From Azolla caroliniana (lineage: Eukaryota; Plantae; Polypodiophyta), in NCBI GenBank assembly GCA_043228905.1, contig JBHGNT010000015.1:17422001-17486000 (forward strand): a stretch of DNA of 64,000 nt. The letters run 5' to 3'. Positions 13,950-28,547 of the stretch are shown in pieces. How positions within the stretch are numbered: the stretch's first letter is position 1; each line of letters starts with the position of its first letter. The position numbers were made by a program, and so were the translations under genes. The notes beneath the pieces are model-generated. The model was not told the origin of the DNA. It saw only the letters and a program-made list of their open reading frames with translations, and ran no database searches.

Positions 13950-14940
13950 TGCCAATACAAGATCAAGCCAACATACTCCATGGAATCAAGGGCGAATGAA
14001 CTGTGAGATCGAAAATTATTAATGCTCTATTGCTTAGGGAAGTTGCTAACCAAAGGACGACAATGAAGAAGTGGATAACCTACGAGAAGGAGGGCCCTTT
14101 GATCCCAAGAGGTAGGGAAACATTTGATAGGATCGAAGGCCATGAGGTATGAGACAATGGGACACCAACATTGAATATGGCAATTCGAGTACTTTCATAC
14201 ACTGGTCATAAATGGATTGTAGATCCCGCTCTGATCAAAGTACAACCAAAATGGCACATATGTACTCATGAAAAGACATGGCTACGTAAGTTCAGTTGGG
14301 ACGCTTTGCGATGGACGTGGCACGATCCTTATGTGGGTCAAGGAAGCAAAGTCATCCATTTCTTCCAATTCACAACTAGATTAGGTCACCACACTCTAGC
14401 CACTCAAACCGTCCGAGAGCCGTTTGTTGCAAAGGTATGACACACATATCATGTTCCTAATACAATTATCACTAAGTTTTGGTAGAAAATCTGGAAACAA
14501 CAACACACTAGACGAATTACCACGTTCCAATGGTTATTAATACATAGGTCACTACCGGTTGGAGCGTGGCAGCGCGGGAACCTTAGCTCTTCTAATTTTG
14601 TTGCGTGCCCAAATGCAACAGAATCAATCCGACATGCTTTGTGGGACTGCCTAGAGACCCGTCGAATATGGCGGGGGTTGGCCACCTATTGCAGTTATGC
14701 TAGGTGCAAGGCACAATCAAGTAGGGAAAATTGCCCAAAATTTACTAAAGATACTAACAAGCACGTCCCTAACACAACTATAGTTCCGTATTAGGATAGA
14801 TCTGATGGTTGGACTGAGGTGGGAAGTAGGAAGACATCTTCACACGTATCTCATGACAAGCTTGAGCACCATGTGTCTATTAATAATCTAAAGGAATTTC
14901 CTCCCTTACAGAATAGGTATTCTGCTCTCGATATAGAAAG
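13950..14940 (+). mobile_element. L1-clade LINE fragments: ORF2 C-terminal zf-RVT region followed by an ORF1-like piece
   Basis: 14470-14670 translates KIWKQQHTRRITTFQWLLIHRSLPVGAWQRG...CPNATESIRHALWDC; 14690-14940 has a knuckle-like remnant, DGWTEVGSRK and LQNRYSALDIE. Confidence 0.65.
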
Positions 14941-14949
14941 GTTTGTAAA

Positions 14950-15348
14950 CGTGGTTTAAACGGGTCGGCGGTTTAGGGTTGCCACTTGATCATTTTCTTA
15001 AATATTTTGTTGAACAACCTCTTTTTATTTTTAAGAATAATTTGGACATTTTAGAAGAAATCTTTAAAATTTTGAAAAATAAAATTTTGTAGTATTGAAA
15101 ATTTTAAAAACTTAAAAAATTGAATATTTGAATTTTCACCTAACTTGAAAACTGACACTGAATCGCGAAACCGTAGCCTTACCGGTTTAATGGTTTAACG
15201 GTTTAATTTTTTTGTAATAGTTTGGTTTAAATGGTTTCGTGGTTTGGCTTGGCTTGGTTCAGTTTAAGTTTAATTTTTTTTGAGTAGTTTGGTTTGAAAT
15301 GGTTTGAGTTTGACAATCTCAAACCGAACCGAACCGTTTTGATTGTTA
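14950..15348. mobile_element. Truncated inverted copy of the 12573-13015 MITE family
   Basis: Ends CTCAAACCGAACCGAACCGTTTTGATTGTTA, matching the reverse complement of that MITE's left end; the other TIR is absent. Confidence 0.7.
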
Positions 15349-17832
15349 ATGATATTATATCAAGTAATGTGTGTGTGTGAAGCAAACATTAAAATAGTTG
15401 TAGAATTACAACTTATATCTACAAAGCATGTTTCTATGGTTGCCATTTGCGTGGTTTAATGATTATTTACTTGTATCCAAAGTTGGGTCAATGCCCTTTG
15501 GAGATCACACAATCCACACTTACAAACAAACATGTTGATTGAGAATCCAATGATTCATTCCATACAATAATACTTCGTTTGTCTCTAATGCACAGAAAAA
15601 GAGAGAAAGTGGTCTAAAACCATCTAAAATGTTGATTTCCCTATGTTATTGTTTATTTTAATGCAAACTCGAGATGTGACATATGCATATGGATAAAAAA
15701 GTGTCTCTTAAAATTCTTACCCATCTTTTGGCTCCCTTTGTTTCATTGGTTGCAATCAAACCTTTACTTGTATGCTTGACACCAATGGATCCATTACAAG
15801 AGCGTCAAACAAGAGATTATTCCTAGATTTGCATTTAATTAAGGTGCATACAAGATCTTGATGATCAATAATGATATAGCCTTCTTGTTGCAATGTCTAG
15901 GACATTGACCGATGGTGTTACCAATACATATACAAAGTTGATCAAACAAACAATATTAGATGATAATTGAAAATTATGCACAAGAGTTAACCACATAAAG
16001 TTTTCTTTCCTAAAGTGTTTAATGAAAGCATCATATTCGATTGCAAAATGCCTTGATTTTGTAGCCTATTTTTTGACAATCATGTTTATCTCTCCACAAC
16101 AAGTGTAGAGTATATGGACTTCGAATGAGTTATGTATCTATACACATAAAAGGATGAAAGCTTTAGTTTAAAAATTTTCAACCAAAGTTTACTCGTATTT
16201 TGAAGAAACTTTTAAGATGTCAACACTTATTTTGATTCAAGGATATGAAGAAACAAGGTTTTATATGAGTTTTATGATGTGATGAGTTGTCCATTGTTTA
16301 TGAATGTATTTTGATGAATCATGAATTAACAACAAAAGCATAAATATTTCTATAATACCTTGTCCTTGAAAACATAAATTTTCACAGGTAGGCTTTAAAA
16401 AACAATTAGAATATGATTAAAGAGCTAATTAGTCCATGGTTTGTCCCACATATTCTTTAAAGGAATATTCCCCATCCCATCCTAGAAAAGGAGATAGATT
16501 ACTCAAAACTTGAGTTTATACATAACTATCGGCGTCCCTATTCACAATCAACAAAAGCCTGAGATGCATGGCCATGATGCGCGAACATTAATGCATCACT
16601 TCAGATCAACTCTTAAATTGCAATGGTTGTCTTAAAACTAGGGAAAAAAAAAACTAGGAAAAAACATTTGAAACGCTATGAGCAAGAGAACATGAAATAT
16701 TTGAAAAAGGATTTTGAATCTCGTCAAAATGCTCCTATTTTGTTGTGCCTTCCATGGAAGTATTGTACTTATTGTCAATATAATGGTGAATGGAAATTGG
16801 AACACCAATACAAAAAGCCTCCTTGTATATGTTGTTGGAACTGGCACTTTCTTGCCTATTTATTGCATGTTGGATAGTTCTCGAACATTCTAAATTCAAT
16901 GGCCACTTTCATGTCTATCTACCCAGGAATAATTTCATGTCTCCTTCCAAAGCAATGTATGTGAGATGGCATGTTGGCCAATAAATGGACTCCCTTACCC
17001 AAAAAGAACTCACAAAACCTAAAGTCTCTTATGTATCTATACCATACCTAACTTATTAAAAATGGCAGTGTCAATATCTATTAGGAGATGTGGAATCCAA
17101 ACTTCTACATAAAATGGCCACTAATTGCAATAGTATATTCCATGCCATCATTGACATGAGAGTTTCCCCAAAAGTAGTAGACATAAAATTCATAGAGAAT
17201 AAAAGTTACTCGACCCCATCATGTGCCATTCGTCTTACATGCTTCCTTCAATCATTATCTATATGATAATACAAACAAGTGTTCCACATGCCATAAAAAC
17301 AATGTTATGGTTGTGAGTGAGATACAACATTATGCTACAAAAGTCTTAGACAATCATTTAAGCACATGATGTACTAGTTATAAAGTCAAAACAATTATGA
17401 GTTTGCATTGCTTTGAAACTATGTGATATCATATTGCAAAACCTTATTGCAAGCTGAGGAGATGTAGAGATAGCAAGTTTAAGGTCAAAGAACGGGAGTT
17501 GCAAAATCACATTTATATTTCATATGCCACTTATAAAGTCAACTACGACATCTTAATCCCACTTAGGGTTCATGATTTGGCCCTCGTTTTATCCACAATG
17601 GCCTTATAATGTCACCCCAAGTCATGAATCAAAGTGACATTAAAAACTTTATTCTCCACCTTGTGGCCTCTCCACCACCATTCACAATGTTGATATCTCT
17701 GTATCCATGATGATCATATAATCCTAGCCCTTGTCATCAATCAAAGCAACACCACACATTAAAGACATCTTTCTCCATCCATTTCTCCTGATCCCTTGGT
17801 GGACTCTTTCAATCCCATAAAGATTTGCAATC

Positions 17833-18198
17833 TCCACTAAGAAAAAACATTTTGGTGTTAAAGTTCCCATTGTTGTTTATGATTGTTCAACATTGACTAC
17901 AACATTATGACTCTTTAACACTGTTGTGGCATTCATATTTTTCAGTATACATATCTTTAACAAACAATACTTGCCTGGAAGGCCTGGTTTACTTCAAAAT
18001 GTCCACTAAGAAAAACTTGGCGGTATTAAAGTTTCCATTGTTGTTTATGACTATACAACGAGGACAACAACATTATGACTCTTTAACACTGTTGTGACAT
18101 TCACAAATTTTCACAATAGATTGTCTCATATCATCCACGACATGGCAACTAACAAATCTTTAATAGACAATACTTGCCCAGAAGACCAGGTTTACTTG
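17833..18198. repeat. Imperfect tandem duplication (~170-200 bp)
   Basis: TCCACTAAGAAAAA...ACAACATTATGACTCTTTAACACTGTTGTG...ACAATACTTGCC...GGTTTACTT at 17833 and 18002. Confidence 0.85.
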
Positions 18199-18854
18199 AC
18201 AGTCAAAAACCTAACTTATTTTTATGTTTGAAATAAGTATCAGAAGATTCCCATATAATTAATTTACACTTGTTTGCCTGTATAATTAGTATACAATTCA
18301 GATGCCAAAAAATACATGTTTTTCTGCGACATAGATTTCTCAGTATTTTTGATGACATGATTGAAGAGTTGTTCCTCTATAACAGAAGGGCAATCTGCAT
18401 ACAAAAACCCCGCAATTCCACTCAATCCTATTCTTTACTCTCTGCTGGGATAAAAAGCTTTACATAGTTCTATATAATACGCATTCTTAACCCATCCTGC
18501 AAGGATATATTAGTAGCGGTTAACACAACTATAGAAAGCTCTCATGTATACATCATGGTGTTTAGGATGTTAAATAAATTTTGTGCAAGAAACCAATGTC
18601 AGACTCCTCTCCATTCTATTAACAAATGTTTAAATGTCTGTACGAGCTTGAAATAGATCAGTCTCCAATTACTCAAAACAGATTGCAAAATGAACAACAT
18701 GGCCAGAACGCATACCAAGAAGAGTGTCAACCGATTCGCTCATTCATAGCATAATCAATCATTGAAACCCGATTTAGAATGAACTTGCATGTAACATCCC
18801 AAGTGATGGGAAGAAGTTTGCATACAAAGATCATTTTTGTTTTGTAATGAATCA

Positions 18855-21800
18855 CTATTCGAACTCCTTGAGTATTAGATTTACAAGGAGTGGTACTGCA
18901 ATCTCAATGGAAAAAACTGAATTTTATCAGTTAAAACCCCTGAAAGCTGTAGGAAAAAAATTGTCGAGCAAAAAACTGGAAAACATTACCACTATCAAGT
19001 CTTTCCTCAACAGTAGGACAGGGAAGAGATCTTGAATTAGAATAATCATTGATTATCCTTTCATTATTTCCCGAGCTTAAAGGGAACAAGCCAGTCTGAG
19101 CATCATTTCTTGGTGTTGGCATTATGTCTTTCTGACTGCCATGTTGAACCAAACCTTTCTTACATAGTTGGCCTGAAGATGAGGAAAGGCATAGAGAAGG
19201 AACCTGTACATGGGTTAATACTGTCCTATTTTCCATGGTTTCACTATGTTCAGATAGCATATCATGGTCAATGGCATCTCCACCTTGTTTATCAGTTGAT
19301 GATATTTCAACTTCACTCTGGCTTACTTCGCCAGAGACAAGATTCACATTGCAACTATCAGTACATTCAGCAGATATTACCATAGCTTCCGAGGGCATAC
19401 TAGGTCTTTCCATAGCAAAAGCAATTACTGGCAAATTCGATCCATTTGGATTGCCCTCAGCATATGCCGTCATAGTATTTCCTTGTGATTGTTCCACCAC
19501 CAAGATTGAGTTATCTGTTTCATAAAACTTTTCTTCCTCTGCTTGAGCTACAGATTGTAACATCTCCAAGCTCGATGGATTTTGCTCTTCTGAACCTATA
19601 TCTTCTTCATCTGAGTCACTAAGGACAATGACATCTATATCATCTATTTCTGTATCTGAATCTTCGATTGTGAGGCTCATAGGTATAACTGAATTTACTT
19701 CATCATCAGTTGTACCACATGTTAGAAGCAATCCTTCCAGTTCTTGACAATTTTCTTTTTCATTCATATTGCTGCTAAAATTGTAGACCCCACTTCCCAA
19801 CTTTGATGAATCACTCTCATGGCTAGCACTTTTAGATGTTGAATTTGGATGATAATGCACTTCAGTTTGTTTCACTTTCCATCTACCATCTCGTCCTCTC
19901 TTTATTCCAATTTTAAGTGGAGAATTACTTTCAACTGTCTGAATTTCCTCTAACTTAATGGTTTCTATAATCTCTTCTCTATTTATGTGGGTTGCATACA
20001 TGCTTTTTAAACCAGATGAGCCATCAGGTGAGCGCCAGGGCTCCTTAAGTCTAGCTTCACCACCTAATTTAGGTCTCCAATGGCCATCTGGTTTCATCTC
20101 AACTTCAGTCACTTCTTCACCATAAGTTTTCATCTGATTGCAATTTAAGAAAATTCAAACAAACATGTCAGTAGAAAATAAATACCAAGTTATGTGCAGC
20201 GGTTAAACACAAATCATGAGGGAAAAACTCTGAAGTATCCCTGGATTTTTGTTACTTCCTCAGATGCCCCAGAATTTAAACTTTAACTTAGTTGTGCAAA
20301 CACCCTTGGTGTACCCTTGACTGAGAAAACAGGGATGCATTGAACATATGATTCCTCACTTAGCACATAGAATTGAGAAAATGAGAATGAATTGACCATA
20401 TCATTAATCAATTACTTCTCTGTGAAGGGTTGACCAAGGGTATTGGGGAAATAACAAAAGTTGGGGACATTTAAGAAGAAAAAATAACTCGAGAGTATTT
20501 TGAAGTTTTCGGCTAATTACAATCCTCTTTCTTAGATCAACCATGCTAATCTGAACATTCAACCAATTAGATCATAGACAACAATAATACTCACTATGTT
20601 CACTATCCGATTCAAGAAAGGATCAATAATAAGTTCACCCAATGAATAGTTTGTCAAGCAGATTGGACACTGCCACTAAAACAAAGCAGAAGAGCTGGCT
20701 TAAAACACTAGATTCTCTCCTTAGCATGAGCTGCAAGATGAAATTGAAGAAAATGGCTATAGAGAGAAGAAACTGTAGAGTACATTCAATGTGTATCGAG
20801 CACAACCTTGCGTGTCCTTTGATTTATCTCCACAAAAGTATGTAGATCAAAACAACCCATATGTATACAAGGTCTAAACCTTCCAGCTACCTTCATCCGT
20901 GAACCACTCATCTATATGCAGTACAAAGATTTCAACATAACTTAGTATGAAACGAGCCTCATAACATAATGAAAATATCATTTGTAATGATTAAACCGTG
21001 TACAGATTTCCTGAAATTATGAAAGACAAAACTCTTAAATACCCTTGAGTTAGGGTTTAGGGGTCACTGAGAATAATGCATGGAAATACTTACTGGGCAA
21101 CGAAGGTTTACTGAGATGCATTCAGATATTATTTCAACACTGTCACTGTCATTACTATTGTCCATATCATCACTACCAATAATGCTACGGCGAACACGAG
21201 CAAGAGACATGTCGAAGGGCTCACCTTCATCTTCAGATGGTATATGCGTCATAACCTAGTGAAATATTGACCATCATCACTTCAAACAATGTATTTGTTG
21301 TTTCCGTACATTATTACCACTCTTGCACAATTCAAAAGTTTTTGAACCATGATTTATCAAACTGGTGTATCTCTAGAAGAAGCATACAATATGACAAATA
21401 CATCTCAGGAATTCATACACATGGTTCATCAGGAGGTTTCAAACAGGATAAACTCCATAGTCAAGCTATTTACTCAGTTACAAGCTAAAAAGAAGTGAAT
21501 ATGATGAATTGGAGGTCAGTTACAATGTGGACAAAAAGAGAATAAATTAACCATCTAGAGAACTAGAATGAGAGCAACAGGGAAACAAACTATGCAAGTT
21601 GGATTCCTGAAACAGACCGAGAAGAAAACGAGGAGATAACCATGAACAACGGGTTCCTGATCATGTAATTAAAAAGCCACAAAACACAATGTGTAAGATT
21701 GACATGCTTCATCTTTGTGCAAGGACGTGATGACATGTTGGCTGAAATGTATGTATACAAAATATTAAGACACATACAGTGATCAAAGTTTCCAACTGGA

Positions 21801-24800
21801 AGAACTATATCATTTGTTGGATGAAATGTATACTACATAGACTCAGATTGATGGAATTAGAATCCCTTAAAAATTCTTTGTTGCATGCGTCCTAACCAGC
21901 TTTTAGTTGGATTGTGCGTTAAATGCCACATTTTCTTGGTATGCATTGGACACTGATATATGATTATCAATTAAGTAAAGAGCATAAACCTGCTGTAAGG
22001 TCAAAGATTGTATCAGTCGAACACCAATGCAGAATGGGCGTCCATCAGATGTTGACATAGACAGATGGTTCCTTCCCTCCCTTACATATTTTGAAATCTG
22101 CAGAAAATGATACTTTTTCGAGGCTCAAATAAATAATATACATCACAGTAGGTTCATTCAGCTGTTTATAACATATATACCGACGCTCCATCATCACGAC
22201 CATTTATCCCAAGATCCTGATGGCCTGGTCTAGCAGTTGCACGTACAGGACAACCTAACTCAATCATAAATAAAAAGACAAAGCTATTTACAAAAAAACT
22301 TCAACCATTTTATGGCCTTCCCTGGTGTAATTTATAGGCTAAGGATAGTACACACCATTCAACCCCAATTCTGTATGTAATGGCCAGTGCATTCGAAACA
22401 TGACTTTATCATTGAGCATTATACTCCAAACCTAAGTGGTGAAAGGCACATAAAATTCGTTAATGTGTTAGCATGCTTTTTTCTGTTAGTATCAGTTCAT
22501 GTTTCAGCATGCCTACACACATGGAAATTAATCAGTATCTTGACCTGAAGATCATATTGTTTCTGGTGCAGGAGGTTCATATCGCTGCCGGTGAGCATAA
22601 ATGTTTTTTCTACGTTCTGTAACACCTTTGACCTGTACAAAATAATCCACATTAATAAGATTCTGGAAAAATACACAACTAACAATCAACATATTTGAGA
22701 ATACTCTGAAATACCCCAGGATTTCATTATTTCACAAAACAGCCTTGGACAAGTCATGAAAGAGACAAAAAGGGGATGAATATGCACAAACAATCGAGGA
22801 AAGAAGATGAATTGAATATATAATTACTCAAATAGCACATGTATTGCTCTTTCTGGGGAAACGAGAATGAATTGCACATAGAGTTGGTTGCGGATGTTTA
22901 AAGAGATACAGAAAGCATAGAAGTATTTAAAAGTTTTTCCCAAATTACGATCTTCAATAGAGATGGTGCCTCATGGAAATTTGAGGAAATACCCACAAAC
23001 TCAGAGGTTTTTCAGGGTTTTTCCCAAAATATAATCCTCAATGAAGGTAGAGCTTTACCCCTCTAAACCATGAACGGACATGACCATTTTGGTTGGCAGC
23101 AGTGGGTGTGAGACAGCTGCAGAATATCTGAAAAGATAAAGCCAGAACTACACCCTTCAACACATGAAGTGATTAATAAAATTCATAAATGCATTGTCTT
23201 AAGAAAATATGGTTTGATGATTAATTTAAGCTTGAATGCGTCATCATATAAACCTTGAATAGGAGAAAGTTTGATCACCTTATGTCAAAAAAACCTTCCA
23301 TGGAAAGATGCACATCATGACTCTTTTGCAGATATCTTAAACATAAATATGAAACAATGTGCATACGAACAGGGGTATGGATAGATAAATGTCTGTGTTC
23401 AAGATGGTTTTTGTTCTTATAGAAACATGGCCTTATATCAACAATACGAAGAAACCACCAGTATGCCAAGCGACCTAGTCCTCAAGGTTCTCAAAGCATG
23501 ATACATCAAACAACCAATCTACCTTCCTAATACATCAAAAACATGCCGTAAAGTTCACATGGTTGTACATGAAGAGAAACCAATGTTTAGACAAAGCCAT
23601 CTGAACCTTAATATAATTGTGCGTACAAAAATGCATTGGCACACCAGGCTGGATGTAAAAGTTACTTTATAATTATGTTTTGAGATATTTGCACTGACAT
23701 ACAGATATCTCATCATAACAGTCCCTTACAAGGAAGCTCTTTACTTAGCTAAAAAGGCGAAAATAAAAATTTACAACGTGCTACCTTTTATTTCATATTA
23801 TGATGTCAGATATTGTAAACTGTTCCTATAACTCAATGAGATGCCTTAAAGTAAAAACTAAATTACACAAAAAATGAAATTAAGAATACAAATGATTATT
23901 CGCATGAAACTATACATGTTTACAGAACTTACGGATCACCATGTTGTACACGGCATAGCTCACATAAAAAATGCTGATGTTCTCGTTCCAATTCCCCATC
24001 CTCAGGGATACAAACACATGTAGCATGTTGCCATACCATGCACTTAGGATCGCCACACTGCAACCCCTCCAGAAATTAGTTCTATTATTAACAAGGGGAA
24101 TAACTCTAAAATACCTCTGAATTTTTGTTTACTTCCCCAAATGCCTCCAAGTTTCCACAAGTGTCAATGGTCAACCACAGGACAAGAGAATTTAGAATGA
24201 ATTAACCATATAATTCATCTTTCATCAAGGGTAGACCAAGGGCATTCGGGGGGAAATGAAAACGCAGGGGTATTCCGGCATTTTTGCTTATATACAATGC
24301 ATTTTTTATACAATTCCATGTATCAAGCCATAGGTGCAGTGGAATATCGAGAAAAAACGCCATAAAAATAAAAGAGAACCTGTTTCATAGGATCAGATTT
24401 CACGTTGCTACCACAAGGGCATTGTATCTTTTCCTCTGGATGTTCAGTAGAGCCTTCAAATGTATTCAGCTGGATTAATGTCCTTGGAGTTGAAATACAA
24501 TCACCTTGTGTTGCTAAATCAAGGGCACCAGAACCCCACATTTTCCTGTGAATATATCACAACAAAAATAGTCAATAATGCATGTATTCTAATATTCAAA
24601 TAGAATATAGACATCCATCGAGAACAAGAAGAAAGAATTGATTATTTATCTGTTAATGCCTAAAGGAAATATTAGTATGTACACATTCATGGGACATTGG
24701 TGTGGGTGGCATTGCCGTTATGGTTAGCATAGGGTAAGAATGGCTAGTCAATATGGCTTATGTAGTAATTAAGTACTTTCCAGAACTCTCCCTGGGTTTG

Positions 24801-27800
24801 AATGCTCGATGATATCAAGTCATAGCCTGACCATACAAAACAGTAACACGATTTATGATATTCTATTTGGTTATATACCTCACCATATACAAGATCAGAA
24901 AAAAGATTGTATCACTATTGGTTCCTCCAGGCTGACGGAATCACTATAACTTGAGATAAGAATTTCTCAAATTGTTCATGATGTGCATGATAGAAGTCTG
25001 CCCCTTAATTTGTGAGAGCAAAGAGAGCACTTAATCTTGATTCTTATTTACCCCATGAACTCCAGTGGCAAGGAAAATCCATCAACTCATGCAAGAAAAA
25101 AGAAATATGCATCTTCAATTGGGGAACTCCCTTTTGCCCTACAGGAGCTAATTAATGTAGCTTCTAAATTATGGGCCCTTTATGAGTAGCATGCATGAGT
25201 GGTTGTGTTCATTGCTACAACCTCTTAAGACCAGACAAATAGTTCTGACTTATTATTCTCGAGAAAGGAGATAAGAAGGAAACTGAAAAACCAGGAAACC
25301 TCAAAGGAAAATATGTAGAAGAAGGAAACTTAAAAAAATAACAAAAACCAAATAAAACATCTCATTAACACGTAAATAAATTACGAATGCAGTCTTCCCT
25401 TTTGAAGTGACCAGCTCAAAGGATAATATATAACCTTCATCTAGCATGATAAAAAAGGTAAGAGATTCCTATCCACGCCATCAATATCCAGATATAACTG
25501 CAAGCAATTAAACAGAACGGAAACTTCGCCTTCTCCCATCATGTATGGTTAGCCTCACATACACATGTTTTGCAGAATACGACTCTGAAAAGTTGGATTA
25601 TTTTTACAGTTTCATGAACTTGTGAGTCATTCGTTTAACATTCACAGCCTAAAATGAGAAGCAGCATATACGTCAGTTTTTCTGTATACACCCATACCAT
25701 TCTTAGTAAATACTAATTGTTCTATAATCAAAATGTAACAAACACTCATGTATACACACCCAGGCATTGATAGTCTGCCACTTGAAATACTTCATGTTTG
25801 GAAATGAAGACTATGGTCTTCTGTTTCTTATCATTTTTAATCTATGCCCCGACAAAGTTCATTCTTACTTGCTTCCATTATACCAGTAGATTTATTGCTT
25901 GCCCAAATAGGTTTATTATCATAAATGTCACATAAGACCAACAAGCATTCGTGCACACAAATACATAAACACATACATATTACAGTTACAGACAGTGATC
26001 TAACTGTAACAAATCCATTATGGACACCAAAACCAGATCTACAATTTTACAATTATTATTTTAATTGACTCTGATAAATTCCTTCTATATTTTACCTGTA
26101 AATATCATCGATCACTTTTGCAATATCTTCTCGGCTCATTGCATATGTGGAAGAGCTAACATACCTCAATCCTAATAGAGATATCATTTTGGCCAATAAG
26201 TTATTATCCTATAAAGATAAAAAAACTAAAAGACTTATACAAAACAAAATCAGATGAACATGACTAGATATTATTGATATTACTAATACACGAGATAAGT
26301 ACAATGGAGTGGCTAATCTAAACATAAAATCAGTACTATCTATTTACCTTTTGGCCCAAATTGCTGCTTTTCAGGTGGCAAGATAATTTTCATTATTCTT
26401 TCAACAAGAACCTGTTATTATTCAACATTAAAAACTTTTGAAATAAAGCTACAACAAGAGACAGCCATAACATGTTTACGAAACAGCAAATTTGACCTGC
26501 TTTCTTCCTTGTTTTGCAGCACAGATTCGTGTGAGTACATCCTTCAACTCTTTGATGCGAAAGGTTTCCAGTTTTTTCTATAACAAACACAGTGGAAAAG
26601 AAAACTTTGTTAAGGGAAGAAATATTACAACAATTTTACATGCAAAACGACTATCACAAATACACTCAATCTCATAACATGAATGGAGGGAGCGGCAATA
26701 GTACCAAATAAACTAGCATTCAAGTTTCGATTTAAAGTATATAAGCCAAAATCGTGATCACAAATACAAACACTTTAAGGTCATGAATGGCATTAGTATC
26801 AACTGGATGAAGTTTCAAGTCCAATTTTTAGATATCTATTGCAACTGTACTCAACTTAGGGGCATAAATAGCAGTAGTTCCAATTTTCGGTAGACAATGT
26901 AAATTGGTGGTCACAATGCTCTGAATCCATGAGGTAATAGTATCAACTGATTAATATCTAAGTTCATATTTTAGGCATATAATGCAAAATGATAATCAGA
27001 AAGTCTCTCAATCTAAGGGATTGAATGAAGGTTGTGGCAATGGCGACAATCGATTAAAATTCAAGTTCAAAATGTATGCAGTTTGAAAGAGCGGTTCCCT
27101 CAGGTTCTTTCTCTTGTTTCTGCATTTTTTCTTATGCTTCTTAGTTCTTTGATAGGGTGGTAATTGAGTAAAGCATTGGTAGTAATTAGAATCAAGTTAA
27201 GATTAAAGTTTAAAAAATCATGAATGTAATTGGCATTGTAAATTAGTGGATTATAAAAAAACATTCTCTTGCTTATCATAGCATCAACTTTAATAGAACA
27301 TTTCATTTCTCTCGCTTACATACTTCAGTTCTTCAAAAGTATGCCATGAGACTTAGATCAAAGTTTCCATCAACTTGAATTACTTTCTGCTTTCTTATGC
27401 AACACAATCAGATTAAAATAGAAGTAGATTTTTTTGGTGCATATCATGCAATTTGAAAAGTCTTCTTCACTCGAAATTTCTCTTTTCTTAGAGAAAACTA
27501 TAAAGGCATTCATGGAATAGAAAGATTTATTTCGCTCTATATATTTATGCAAAAAAGTCAGATTAAAGTTGAAGTTGAAGTATTTAGGTATCTCATGCAA
27601 TGTTGAAGTTTGCGCTTAATAGATAGACTTTAAAAACTTTGGTATATCATTACATGATAAAGGTTTCCTTCACATAGATTGTCTCTTCCCTATGCATCAC
27701 AGTCACATTAAGTTCAACGTTTCAATTTTCTTGGAGTTTATGGACATAGCTGTTTGCGTCACTCAGATCCTTTCTCATTCTTATACGCAATAAATATAAA

Positions 27801-28188
27801 TCAAATCTTTAGGTTTAACATGAGATATAAAGGTTCTCAGCTGATACCCTATCTTTCTTATGAAAAACAGTAATATTAAGATTAAATCTCAATATTTTCC
27901 AAGTATATCATGCAATGCAATTTCCTTCACTCGGTTTTTATTCTCTTTCTTATGAATAAGTATATCAATGGAATGTAAAGGCTTTCTTTTCTCGCATTCT
28001 TCCTCCTACTTCTCCATAACAGTAACAAAATGCAGCTTTCCAGAGACATGACATGACGGAATCTAAAGGCTTTTCTGAAGTGGTATTTCTCTTTCTTTGT
28101 TATGGAACCGTCTCCTTTATTCCACGACAAGCTAACTATGAGACAGAACGACAATAAATACCTGGCAGACAGCAGACAATTCATCCAT
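18855..28188 (-). CDS. SIZ1: SIZ/PIAS-type SUMO E3 ligase (SAP, PHD, PINIT-like, SP-RING, SIM); exons 28188-28162, 26577-26497, 26411-26348, 26171-26096, 24545-24380, 24057-23933, 23127-23059, 22632-22545, 22431-22356, 22254-22181, 22097-21990, 21255-21094, 20911-20807, 20675-20595, 20133-18990, 18895-18855 (alternatively reads through to a stop at 18931)
   Basis: Manual splicing at GT-AG sites gives MDELSAVCQ|[17 protein letters not shown] (SAP), CPCG..|[18 protein letters not shown] (PHD), VNLRCP|[22 protein letters not shown]..|WQCPICL (SP-RING), [11 protein letters not shown] and [11 protein letters not shown] (SIM). Confidence 0.92.
20218..20510. mobile_element. Degenerate foldback MITE in a SIZ1 intron; related copies at ~22695-23025 and ~24095-24285
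   Basis: Shared left arm (AACTCTGAARTAYCCC...), centre (GAGAATGAATTGACCATA-like) and inverted right arm (AAGGGT.GACCAAGGG...RGTATT) in three introns. Confidence 0.6.
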
Positions 28189-28323
28189 CCTTGAAGCATA
28201 TGAAAAAAGGATGCAAAGAAGACTGACGATAGACCAAGATAGAAGAAGAGGAAGGAAACGCGGTGTCCTAGAGCTGCATTTCCAACTCGAGAGTTGTAGG
28301 TCGATGGATGGAAATCATGAGAG

Positions 28324-28360
<37 letters not shown>

Positions 28361-28496
28361 CTACATATCGGAGCAGGAAGCTTCGATCGCCATAGCCACG
28401 GCCATGGCCTGCGAGACCAAAACAGCGGCAGCAGCGAACAACAAACAGAAAGAAACGTTGGTGTATATATTTTGTCTTTACACACAAACACACATG

Positions 28497-28547
28497 TCCA
28501 TTGTCCATTGTCCATTGTCCATTGTCCATATTGTCCATTGTCCATTG
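28497..28547. repeat. (TCCATTG)n heptamer array in the SIZ1 proximal promoter
   Basis: ~7 copies between a TATA-like ATATATA (~28465) and the LINE 5' end. Confidence 0.9.

Noticed and set aside
12573-15348. Composite transposon bounded by the two inverted MITE ends
   Set aside because: No shared TSD outside the outer ends, and the first MITE has its own two TIRs and TSD.
15400-17800. Possible very old Gypsy integrase remnant (SMNFM-like motif at ~17180, minus strand)
   Set aside because: Too degenerate to support without a profile search.
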